Origin: Squalus acanthias
Lineage: Eukaryota
DNA: 64,000 nucleotides
Assembly: GCA_030390025.1 (NCBI GenBank)
Contig: CM059432.1
Coordinates: 118,546,001-118,610,000, forward strand
Reading direction: 5' to 3'
Shown: positions 23,755-35,499 of the stretch, piece after piece
Numbering within the stretch: the stretch's first letter is position 1
Layout of the letters: each line of letters opens with the position of its first letter
The notes under the pieces: model-generated
Databases searched by the model: none
What the model was told of the DNA's origin: nothing
What the model saw: the letters and a program-made list of their open reading frames with translations, nothing else
Program-made: the position numbers and the translations under genes

Positions 23755-26700
23755 CTGTTTGGATTTTTGGGAGGACCTCAATTTAAGCGGCCCGAGCTCC
23801 TGCCGGAAACAGGCAGGCGCCACATTAATATATGCAAATTGGGGTCAAATGATGTTGTCAGGACCCCACCTGCCATTTTCATCTCATGTTGGTACCACCA
23901 GTTCCTCAATCCATCCACAAACCATGAGCGGTACAAATCAGTTGGCAGCCATTTCCAGCAGTATTTAAAGGGATCCTTACCTGCTCTCAGCTAAAACACT
24001 GTTAAAGGTTTGTGAGACATTTTGCTTTTTTTTTATTCATTTATGGGATGTGGGTGTCGCTGGCAAGGCCAGCATTTATTGCCCATCCCTAATTGCCCTT
24101 GAGAAGGTGGTGGTGAGCCACCTTCTTGAACCGCTGCAGTCCGTGTGGTGAAGGTACTCCCACAGTGCTGTTAGGGAGGGAGTTCCAGCATTTTGACCCA
24201 GCGATGATGAAGGAACGGTGATATACTTCCAAGTCAGGATGGTGTGTGACTTGGAGGGGAACTTGGAGGTGGTGGTGTTCCCATGCGCCTGCTGCCCTTG
24301 TCGTTCTAGCTGGAAGAGGTCGCCGGTCTGGGAAGTGCTGCCAAAGAAGCCTTGGTGAGTTGCTGCAGTGCATCCTGTAGATGGTACACACTGCAGCCAC
24401 GGTACGCCGGTGGTGGAGGGAGTGAATATTTAAGGTGGTGGATGGGGTGCCAATCAAGTGGGCTGCTTTGTCCTGGATGATGTCAAGCTTCTTGAGTGTT
24501 GTTGGAGCTGCACTCATCCAGGCAAGTGGAGAGTATTCCATCACAATCCTTACTTGTGCCTTGTAGATGGTGGAAAAGCTTTGGGGAGTCAGGAGCTGAG
24601 ACACTCGCCGCAGAATACCCAGCCTTTGACCTGCTCTTGATGCCACAGTATTTTTGTGGCTGGTCCAGTTAAGTTTCTGGTCAATGGTGACCCCCAGGAT
24701 GTTGATGGTGGGAGATTCGGTGATGGTAATGCTGTTGAATGTCAAGGGGAGGTGGTTAGATTCTCGCTTGTTGGAGATAGTCATTTTTTTTTGCTACTTT
24801 GACAATTGTAAAGTGCTTGTAGTGGCTGTATAACATTCTAAACTCTTAAGGGGCTTCTGGTAATGCACTTTTTTCTTAACGAGAGTCCGTCTGTCAATTC
24901 CACTGTACTTAGAGGGCAAGGAACAGGAGGAATAGGAACAATGATTGAAAGGAGCAAACAGAGCTGCAGCTGCAGGGAGACCACATAGAAGAAGGAGGCT
25001 TGATCATAAGAATCATCACACTCCCAATTCAAATGTATTGGCCCAGGACAACATACTGTCAGTTCTCTGAGGAGCTGTGCATAAGGAGATTGCATTTATC
25101 CAGGGAGGCTGTCACAGTGTTGTGTCACCTCCTGCAACAAGACCGACAACCAACTGTCACAGCTAGCACAACATTGTCTCTGCAGCCCTCAACTTCTTTG
25201 CCTCTGGCACCTTCCAGGCTGTAACAGAGGATATCACCAACACAGTCACTCTGCAGTTTATGGTTGCATTACACAGGTGACTGAGGTCAATTTTGCTCGA
25301 GCAAGCACTCATCATTTTCCACACGGACAACCGGAAGCACCAGGAAAGGTTGGAGGCTTCCACCAAGTGCAGGGCATCATTGACTGCACCCATATTGCCC
25401 TGCGGGCTCCTTCATATGACTCCACTGCCTTCATGAATTGCAAGGCCTTCCACTTCATTAATGTATAACTGCTGTACTATCACTAGCATCACAACATGCA
25501 GGTGTGTGCCCACTTTCCTGGCTACAGCCATGACAAACGTATACTGTGCCTGTCCTCCATCCCCCCGCCCTCACTCTTAGCCCCTGCACGTGACAAGCTG
25601 TCTGGAGACAAGAGTTATGCCCTGCACACTTGGCTCATGACTCCTCTCAGGTACCCATACTCTCAGCGACTGAACTGCGCTTAAGTGAGAACCACATAGA
25701 GCAGAGCATTGGAGCCAGCAAAGAGTGACCCATATGATAGTGCTATGCTGTATAACGTTACTCTGCAACGGGGATATGAAGACACCATGAGGCGAGGACC
25801 TTCTGCATGATGAGGGAGACGACACAGATGCCATGGAGGATGGCGAGGAAGCAGGAGGGCTGCAACACTTGTCTGAAGCCAGAGCTCTTCAGCAGCATCT
25901 CATTGAAGAGCGCTTCAGCTGAACATTCCCTAATCGCTGTTCATTAACAGTCATGTCCAACATCTCTCCCAGTCCTTCCCCCTCAAATAAACTGCATCCG
26001 CCCAAAGAACAACATTGATATTTACGTCAACTAACATTGCATGGTCATCAGCTACTTCAGGAACACTCTCTGCAAATAAAGATTTCAAAATGGATTACAG
26101 TAGTCATAGCTGCTAGGGCGTGAGACCCTATTGCCTGTCTTAAGTGCTCTCTTACCTAGTCTAGTGCCTCTACAAGGTGCTCCCCCAGTCTCTGCTGCCT
26201 GGGAGGTGGAATGCTGCTGTGGCTCAGGCAAGGGCACTTGACATGCTGATGGTTGGTGACCTCTAAGATTTCAGGCTTGGGAGGGGCCAGCTGCAGTCTG
26301 CAATAATTCGGCAGCTGGGTTTCTGGCACCAGGGCAGGCATTGGCTGAGGGGTTGATGAGGGTGCAGATGTGCTGTCATCCTGGGAGAGGTCAACATGTT
26401 CCATTCCCGTTGTACAGGTGGTCCTGCCATCGATCTACGGCTTGGCAATCCCACTAACCTGCAGGAGAGCAGACTGTAGGTTCTCCATGATGTGACTGAA
26501 GCCCCTATCCATTGTCTCCCAGCTTGTCCAAGACAGACAAGATGATGGAGACCAGAGCCTGCATAGGCCCAATATGAGCTAGTCTGAAAGCTGTAAGTGC
26601 CCTTTTAAGGGGCTGCAGGCTGCATTTAAGTAATGGCCACACCACCAGATTTCCCACCCTCCCAATCAGTGAGCTGCCCATAAGACCATCGATTAGCATT

Positions 26701-26825
26701 GGCAGCTTGCCTGTTACATTCAAATCAGACCCAGCCACAAGAATGGATTGGGCCTCCCACTGAACTCATCAGGCTTGCAGAGTGGACCCTTCACCTGATA
26801 TATGCCCCGCATGAAAATCAACTCC
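23755..26825. mobile_element. Defective Harbinger transposon (transposase + at ~25000-25770; Myb side largely deleted), with nested LINE
   Basis: FSEELCIRRLHLSREAVTVLCHLLQ, GFHQVQGIIDCTHIALRAP..FMNCKAFHFINV and FPGYSHD..GDKSYALHTWLMTP. Termini approximate. Confidence 0.8.
24025..24785 (-). mobile_element. 5'-truncated CR1/L2-group LINE 3' end
   Basis: 231-aa ORF (ILGVTIDQKLNWTSH..IYKAQVRIVMEYSPLAW..WNSLP); tail shared with SINE family X. Confidence 0.85.
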
Positions 26826-27454
26826 GTGTCTCTTCTATTTGGGAAATTTTGCCTATATCGCTACCATTAAATGCATCACACAAAAAATGATTTGTAATCA
26901 AATTACACATTTAATGTGTGCAGTGCAGCAACTGACATCAATTTGGAAAAACAGAACTATGTCCACTTGTAGCAAATGGAATTAATTAATTTAGTTCACT
27001 TATTGATTTCTTTAAAATCCAAGAAACAAAGTGCATTTCTAAGATGACTTGCCATAAATATTTGGGCACCATGATACCTTGAGCACTGATCTCTTCAAAC
27101 ATAAAAATCTGATTTGTTCGCTGTAGAAGGGAAGATCATCTATCATAATTTTAATTAAAAAAATGGCAATTCTGACTCCCCGACTCCATGTGCACTATAC
27201 CTCCCCGCTCAGTCCTTTCTCAACAAATAGCGTTCACAGTTTTTTTTAACCCTGCCTATCTGCTGCTCCATGCACAAATTATATAAGCGTGTCAAAGGTG
27301 AAACTGTGCAGTTGCATGTCAATTTCTCATTTGCAGTCACCTTACATCACTGGAGATTACACATCTTGCTTCTGGATATGACTCCAATCATGGCCTTGAA
27401 ATTACACCATGGGGACCCTAGTAAACAAATGTCAAAGTGTATTGATCTGAATTG

Positions 27455-27785
27455 GGTCCATTCAATTGACCCAACATCCACAGGCTTTTGGGGGAAGAGA
27501 AGTCCAGATCTCTACTCACCTTTCTCTGAAAAAATGCTTCCTGATTTCACTCCTAAATGGCCAAGCTCTCATTTTAAGATCCCCCACCAGAGGGAATCTG
27601 TTAATCATTTTAAATACCTCAATTTGATCACCCCTCAACCTTCTAAACTCAAAGGAACACAAGACAAGTTTATGGAACCTGTCCTCATAATTTAACCCTT
27701 TAAGCCCTGTTACCATTCTGGTGAAGCTGCACTGTACCCCTTCCAAGGCCAATATATCTTTCCTGAGGTTTGGTGCCCACAACTG
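27455..27785 (-). mobile_element. CR1-like LINE 3' fragment
   Basis: WAPNLRKDILALEGVQ..RRLRGDQIEVFK. Confidence 0.8.
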
Positions 27786-29361
27786 AATGCAGTTCCCATT
27801 CCTGGCCCTTACCTACCAAAAAATCAGCTGTAAATTGGCCAGTATTTACTTGGAAATCAAGGCTTAAATCTGTGCTACAGCCTAAAACATACAACACAAA
27901 CTGTCCACTCATTCAATGCATAGCTTGCCTGCTCCTTACAGAAATAGGCAGCATATAACTAGTTGCAAATGGGTAAAGGTAAATATATGTCAGATGACAC
28001 GTGAACTCGTTTGTAAAATTAAATCATACTGATGCAATCCAGAAGATGTAAATCTCTGACTGTGGTGCGTTGTGACATATACCATGCAGTATCTGCGCAT
28101 CAATGACAAGACTAACTATGCGTGTGCACTTATCATATGCCCTTTTCTTCTTGTTACAGATATGCCAGAACCACTGGAGCAGAGGCAGACCCTCTCAGCA
28201 ATGAGTCTCACTGCAGCATTTAGTATCATTATCCCTTGAGGCAAGCAGAGAATATTTCACTGACTTAGAGGAAGAAGCGCTGGGTGATTTATTATTTAAG
28301 GATGTGAAAGGAGCAGAGATGGGTCTGAATGAGAGCTACCAGGTCCTGAGCAGAAGCCAATAATCATCACTGTCCTTACTGAGTCACTTCATGATTCAGA
28401 TCTCAAGGCCAGGTGAAATGAAGGTTAGGTCAGCAGCATGAGTGGTTAGAGCAGTTACTTGCTTCTTTGCAGAACCTGATACAAACAGTTGCTACACAGT
28501 TGAGAAATGTTATGCAACTTAGCTCTGCAGATTGCCATTAAGCTGCATTCAGCATTGGTAGTATTTGCAGGAGGGATCTTAAGCACTCAGGCAGTAAGGA
28601 TAGTCAGAGCATCTCTCATGAGTGTTCCTAAAGGAAGACATTTACACAGTGCCTCATCATGTTTAAACATCCAGAATAACTTCACACACAATTAATTACT
28701 TTGAAGGTGCAGTGACTGTATGCAAGACATTTGATACGGTTAAGATATTGGACTCCAAAATTTGTGTAGTCAGTTTCATTGAGCGCAGGGACACACTTCA
28801 GAGAACCATACATGAGGGATTCAGAGACTTCATGGGAGTAAAATTGTCTGTACTCAGGCAGATCAGTTGCTGCTGAAAAGTCAGCCTCCAGCAAAGGTAT
28901 CTGGGCAGATGTATGGGAAAAGGTGGGTGGTTGTGAGCACCTTCAGCCCTTTTCCTGCATGTGCCTCAGGACAAGTGACCAGAGAAGCATTAAAAGCATG
29001 CAGGTTCCTGCAGCTGGAATAAGACAGGTTATTTCTAAGGCACAGCCAGGACTATTAGAACATCATAAGCAGACGTAGGTGGCTTGCTGAATTTCAAACA
29101 GACCCTCAGATTTTTCAGGAAGCCACCATATCTACTTCTTCTTGTATTACTTTGTGTAGCTGTAGTACAGTGGATAAAACAGCATTCCAAAACATGTAGC
29201 ACAAGGGAGAAGCACAACGACGCATCACATTAAACATTCAGTCCACCTTCAGTATTATTTTCAGTAAAGATACAAGACATTACCAGAATCATTGTAGTCA
29301 TTATTTTCTATTGAAATTCAGATTCCACATAAATGCAGAGTTTGTTAGAAAAACATGTCCA

Positions 29362-29626
29362 GGGGCAATTTTTACCCTACTCGCTCAGCAGAAACCTGGC
29401 GGGTGGGCAGTTAACATCACCGTGGCTCTTTCCTGTCTGAAAGCCGGCATGATCGCAACATCTGCAATTTTAACCTGCTCTCCTGAGCAGGCAGCGAGGA
29501 CACGCGCCCAGAGTCAAAGGGTCCTTCTTTACACATGCATGTTGCAGCCCAATGACACCATTGAGACCCGACTGTAATTTTAACTTAGGCCTGAGCGGGG
29601 AATCAACCTGGAGTTAAAATTGGGAC
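29362..29626. mobile_element. Short degenerate Harbinger-type MITE
   Basis: Imperfect termini GGGGCAATTTTTACC / GAGTTAAAATTGGGAC. Confidence 0.4.
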
Positions 29627-30146
29627 AAAGTCAGGTCTTAAGGAAAGAACTCCTCAATCATAGCCTGGTGAAGTAACACTGCTTCCTGAATTGGGTGCTC
29701 ACTCTGCAGACTCCTTGTATCCAAGGATGTTGATTTTCTGACCTGCATTCAAAATCCACCCCGAGACAACGGTGTTACATTTTCCTGTTTTATTTCAAAT
29801 GTGGGCGATACTACTTAGATTCAGCATAAATGACTGCTCTCACATCCCCTATGAATCAGAGTGTGTCTTTATCAGCCCAGTATCTAAGTAAATGTAGTGA
29901 GAGCTTGGGATTGAATACAGGACCCTTCCCACTGTATGCCAAATATTGGAATACATCATGTGTTGCCGTGACCTCCTCATCCTCCATAGGGGTAGGAATA
30001 TATACACTGTCGGACTGAGACTCCAGCTAGAAACCAACAGATACAATTACTTGACATTAAACAGTAAATGAACCATATTCAGTACAAACAATATATTTAC
30101 AGTAACTACAAGCATTACTATTCTTCTTAAAATATCTACATCAATC

Positions 30147-30302
30147 CAGTAGTTTCATGGTCACCATTAGCGATGCCAGCTTTTTATTCCAGATTTTATT
30201 TAATTGAATTTAAACTCCCCAGTTGCCGCGGTGGGATTTGAACTCATACTCATGATCATGATCATTAGTCCAGGAGCTCTGGGTTACTAGTCCAGTGACA
30301 TA
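30147..30302 (-). mobile_element. SINE family X, head fragment
   Basis: Matches 14930-15090. Confidence 0.7.
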
Positions 30303-31175
30303 AGAACATAAGAAATAAGAGCAGGAGTAGGTCACACGGCCCCTCGAGCCTGCTCCGCCATTCAATAAGATCATGGTTGATCATCAACCTCAACTCCACT
30401 TTCCTGCCCAATCTCCATATCCCTTGATTCCCCTAGAGTCCAAAAATCTATCTATCTCAGCCTTGAATATACTCAAAGACTCAGCATTCACAGCACTCTG
30501 GGTCAGATAATTCCAAAGAATTCCCTCTGAGTGAAGAACTTCCTCCTCATTTCGGTCTTAAATGGGCTGCCCCTTATCCTGAGACTATACCCCCTAGTTC
30601 TAGACACTCCAGCCAAGGAAAACAACCTCTCAGCATCTACCCTGTCAATCCCCTTCAGAAATTTGTATGTTTCAATGAGATTACCTCTCATTCTTCTAAA
30701 CTCCAGAGAGTATAGGCCCATTCTACACAATCTCTCATCATAGGACAGCCCTCTCATCCCAGGAATCAATCTAGTGAACCTTCATTGCACCGTCTCCAAG
30801 GCAAGTATATCTTTCCTTAGATAAGGAGACTAAAACTGTGCACAATACTCCAGGTGTGGTCTCACCAGGGCCCAGTACAATTGCAGCAAGACTTCCTTAC
30901 TCTTATACTCCAAACCCCTTGCAATAAAGGCCAACATGCCATTTGCTTTCCTTATTGCTTGCTGTACCTGCATGCTAGCTTTCTGTGTTTCTTGCACGAG
31001 GACACCCAAATCTCTCTGAACACCAACATTTGAAAGTTTCTCACCATTTAAAAAATATTCTGTTTTTCTATTCTTCCTACCAAAGTGAATAACCTCACAC
31101 TTCCCTACATTATACTCCATCTGCCACCTTACTGCCCACTCACTTAGTCTATCTATATACCTTTGCAGACTCTTT

Positions 31176-33224
31176 GGCCGCGATTTTGCCGGTGCTCAGA
31201 GGGCGGGTTTGGAGGTGGGTCAGAGGTTAAATTCATTTTGATTGATGGCGGGTTCCGAACCCACCGTCAACCCGCCTCCACGCAACTTTGCCAAGTGTCA
31301 GCTCTGGGAGTCTTGATCAGACCCGCCACCAAGCGGCGGGACAGGCACTTAAGGCAGTTAACAGCTTGTTAACTGCCCACATAATTCGACTTAAGCAGGC
31401 TCTTCCCATTTTAGGATTGTGCTGCACATCAGTGGGGCCATGGGGACACGACTCTGTACTGACAGTCCTCATAACGGGGACGTCCATGTACCTCTGGTGT
31501 CTCTCCTCAATTGCTGCCCATCTATCCTCCATAGCAGACCATCTATTTAGAAGAGTCACCATTTTCATTTGAGTCTGACGAGTTATGTCCTCCAAGGAAG
31601 TTGCCACCCACTCCATGGTGGCACGTTCATGCGCCATTGCCTCCACCATGGCATTGCTTATGTTTGAGATGGACTCCTCCATTCTCTGCACACTCGCAGT
31701 TACCGTGGATGCAAAACCTGTCAGAGACTCCTGCACTTGTTGCTGAAGTTCCAGCACCGCTCTCTTTCTGGATGGCCCCAGAGGCACAGGGTCCACGTGC
31801 AGCTGAGCAGAGCTGGGAGCGCCCTGCAGCCTCCGACGAGGACTCTCCACTGCTGTCAGTGTCTCCACCATCTGCTGATGCTCACTTGTGAGCTGTGACA
31901 CACCAAGTGACAACACTAATCTATCTTGCGAATGACCCACCAAGGTGTGCGTCTCTGCGCTGGTGCTGGGTGCGCTCAATTCTGCTGACATTGTGCCCAC
32001 AGAGGTTGCAGCTTCCTCTGAGGATTCTTCCGGCTCTTCCTCCTGGACAGTGGGGAGGGGGGCTCTCGATGGTCCTGTGGGGGAGTAAAGGCATGAGTTA
32101 GACATGTGATATTAACGTAGCAGGCACATCGAATTGTGCAGATGATCAGAACTCAATCTGTATGAACATCAGATGCCATATCAGTCACTCATGCAATCTA
32201 AATGAGACAGCTGCAAATCTATTCTGTCACCAGCTTGCTGTACTGCGCCCGTCTGACCGTCCCCCACTTCCAGATCCTCAGCAACTCCAACGATGTTGAG
32301 AGCAGCCTCCTCAGCGATGGTCAAGTGGGCAATCGAAGGTGGCCCTCCTCCTGTCCTGCCCCTCTCCCTCTTATGGGCTCTCGTTTCCTGCAATGAGGGA
32401 CACAAGTGGAGTTTGAGTGAGAATGTTGGAGTGAGTGTTGAGAATCCATATCATAGATGCTTAGAGGGAGACAAAGATGGAGTGAGGTGCCAATAGCAAG
32501 GGCCCTCCTTGTGCATTGTTAGTTGTTGTCATTGCATAACAGTGATAGCGAGTGTGAGGGGTGCATAGTAGAATGGTGAAGTGATTATGTACATAGAGAG
32601 AGAGGGATGGATAAGGGTGCAAGAGATGTAAGGGTAAAGTGGGATGTGCAGGAGTAGGTTGACAATGCAGAGTGCTGGTGATGAGAGGAGATGGGGAGCA
32701 GATTGAAGGTAAGTGTGATGTTATACTCACTTTTGCTGTGCATAGCCTGTCATTGAACCTTTTCCTGCACTGAACCCAGGTGCGACCACACAAAGACCTG
32801 GCGATAACCTCCTCAGCAATTTGCAGCCAGGCTGCTTTGGTTTGCTGAGGAGGCTTCCTCCATCCATTTGAGGGGAACAGTACCTCTTGGCGCCCTCTCA
32901 CTCCCTCCACAAGAGCATGGTGGGAGTCATCACCAAATCTGGGAGATGCCTTGGATCTTGCAACAGTCATTTTCAGAAGTGCCACACCGAGAAGCAGCAG
33001 GAAAGGGTGGATCAAAAACAAGGCTGCATGGGCCCCTTAAATACAGCTGGCTGAGAGACGTCAGCAGAGGTGAGCAGCAGACCCAAACCCAATGATTGGG
33101 TCGGGTAGCTCAGCCCACTTAAGCAAAAATCTTAATTCCAGGGCGGCTGAAACCAGCAGCGGGACCGGAACATGCCAAACATCATAGCCGCCTCCAACCC
33201 ACCTCCACTTGGAAAATCGTGGCC
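31176..33224. mobile_element. Non-autonomous Harbinger element carrying only the Myb/SANT gene
   Basis: TIR GGCCGCGATTTTGCC / GGAAAATCGTGGCC; flanks TTT/ATT; no transposase motif inside. Confidence 0.88.
31317..32970 (-). CDS. Predicted spliced Harbinger Myb/SANT-like DNA-binding protein, ~384 aa (exons 32970-32731, 32387-32231, 32074-31317)
   Basis: Exon 1 = 80 aa with SANT motif (RF..ALVEGV..VLFP..AAWLQIAEEV..RTWVQCRKRFND), donor AAA|GTGAGT. Exon 2 acceptor TTGCAG|, ETRAHKRERGRTGGGPP, donor G|GTGACA. Exon 3 acceptor CCCACAG| joins in frame to the 262-aa ORF. Expression is unknown. Confidence 0.6.
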
Positions 33225-33322
33225 ATTGTGTTCTCCTCACAGCTTACTGACCCACCTAGCTTTGTATCATCAGCAAACTTGGATACATTACACTCGGTCC
33301 CTTCATCTAGGTCATTAATATA

Positions 33323-34069
33323 GGCCCAGAAATTCCGTTCGCAGGCCTCCCGCGGGCGGAGGGTTGCAATCTGGAAAAATCTGCGCCTGGACTGGAGGGC
33401 TCCTGGGAGGCGCAGAGTTCCGTTGCTGGGCCTCTCCAAACTGCCGGTGCGCAGGGCCCATGTATCCCAGAGGCGCAGACGGTTTGCAGTGTCCCTGGGA
33501 TCACGTGGGCCATGGGGAGCCAATCAGAGAAGGGAATCTCCCTTCATACATTTGACAGGAAGACCTGTCAAATATATGAATGGAAATCACCCCCAAAACA
33601 TAGTAAAACTTTAAATACATTTAAATAAAAACATCACATTTTTAAAATGACTTTAAATTACATAAATTAAGTATTTTAAACAAAAATTTTATTTTTTGAA
33701 AAAAATAATTAAAGTTTTTAACGGGGCTAAAAATAAACTTACCTTTCTTTAAAATATGTTTAAATGATAAATCAGTGGAATTTTTTTTAAACTTTTTTTT
33801 CAACTCTTATCCTGGTAAAAGCAAGCCTTAGGCCTGCTTTTTCCAGGCACAAGAATTGTAAGTGTTTTCTGTGGGCGGAGGGTCTCCAAAAAATGGAACT
33901 CTCCCCCCGCAGAGGCGCTGCTCCAGGGCAGCCGGAGGATCTGTCTTGACAGATCGGAAATGCCAGTTTCCAGCGCATGCGCAGTGCATGCCTAAAACCG
34001 GCATTTCCGTTGGCCCTGCGGGTGAGTACACAACGCATACACACCCGTAGGGAACGGAATTTCTGCCTC
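33323..34069 (-). mobile_element. Family C-related MITE nested in a LINE
   Basis: TIR GGCCCAGAAATTCCGTTC / GAACGGAATTTCTGCCTC; flanks ATA/ATT; orientation opposite to the 8973 copy. Confidence 0.88.
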
Positions 34070-34915
34070 ATTGATTGTAAATAGCTGAGGCCCCAACACT
34101 GATCCTTGCGGCACCTCACTAGTTACAGCCTGCCAACCTGAAAAAGATTTGTTTATCCCTACTCTCTATTTTCTGTCCGTTAACCAATTCTCCATCCATT
34201 CTACTATATTACCCCCAACCCCATGAGCCATAATCTTGTGTAATAACTTTTTACGGGTCACCTTATCAAATACCTTTTGGAAATCCAAATATACTACATC
34301 CACTGGTTCCCCTTTATCTACTCTGCTCCTTACATTCTCAAAAAACTCAAAGAATTTTGTCAAACACGATTTCCCTTTCATAAAACCATGTTGACTCTGC
34401 CTAATCATGTTATGATTTTCCAAGTGCCCTGATACCACTTCCTTAACAATGGATTCCAACATTTTCCTGACGACTGATGTCAGGCTAACTGACCTGTAGT
34501 TCCCTATTTTTTCTCTCCCTCCTTTCTTGAATAGCGGTGTGACATTTCTAACCTTCCAATCTGCTGGGACCATTCTAGAATCTAGTGAATTTTGGAAGAT
34601 CAAAACCAATGAATCCACTATCTCTTCAGCCACCTCTTTTAGAACCCTAGGATGTAGGCCATCAGGTCCAGGGGATTTGTTGGCTTTTAGTCCCATTAGT
34701 TTCTCTAGTACTTTTTCTCTACTTATATTAATTACGTTAAGTTCCTCACCCTCATTAGACTCTTGGGGCTGGATTTTGCCAATGGGGAGCGTTTGGAGGC
34801 GGGACTCCTACTTGTTGGGTTTCAATCCTGCCTCCATCAACTTCTGGACAACCCACGCTATTTTCCCTTGATTGACGTTGTTAAGCCCACCCAGTGGGTT
34901 TAGCAGGCCGATTAA

Positions 34916-35352
34916 ACATAGAAACATAGAAACATAGAATCTAGGAGCAGGAGTAGGCCATTCGGCCCGTCGAGCCTGCTCCACCATTCAATACGATCAT
35001 GGCTGATCATCCAAATCCAGTACCCTGTCCCTGCTTTAATCCCCACAGTACACATATCCCACCCTACCCCCGTAACCCCACGTATTTAATTCCCCCTAAC
35101 ATATCCCATCCTATCCCCATAACCCCATATATTTAATCCCCCCCTAACACTAAGGGTCAATTTATCATAGCCAAATCAAACTAACCCGCACATTTTTGGA
35201 CTGTGGGAGGAAACCGGAGCACCCGGAGGAAACCCACGCAGACACGGGGAGAATGTGCAAACTCCACACAGACAGTCACCCGAGGTCAGATTCGAACCCG
35301 GGTCCCTGGCGCTGTGAGGCACCAGTGCTAACCACTATGCCACCGTGTTGCC
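34916..35352 (-). mobile_element. Full-length HE1-like V-SINE
   Basis: tRNA head with A box (TGGCATAGTGG) and B box (GGTTCGAATC), V-domain (gggtttcctccgggtgctccggtttcctcccac) and HER1 tail. Confidence 0.9.
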
Positions 35353-35499
35353 CTCAAGGGAAAGCCGGTTACAGAGAACGTCAGCGTATGACGTTTAATC
35401 TGTCAAAAAAAATTTGACAGTTGAATTGTCATCATTTGACAGCTCTGTGAATTCAAGACCTCATCAAACTTCTTTCTTTTGCAGAAATTAGATGGTTGT

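Larger units (their letters stand above)
30303..34765 (-). mobile_element. CR1/HER1-like LINE split into three pieces (30303-31175, 33225-33322, 34070-34765) by two DNA-transposon insertions
   Basis: The RT reading frame continues across both insertions (KSPGPDGLHPRVLKE ... YINDLDEG ... LVRPHLEY); (ttcttatg) tail. Confidence 0.9.

Noticed and set aside
35270..35352. tRNA-like A/B boxes (also at 6365 and 45085)
   Set aside because: These are SINE heads, not tRNA genes.
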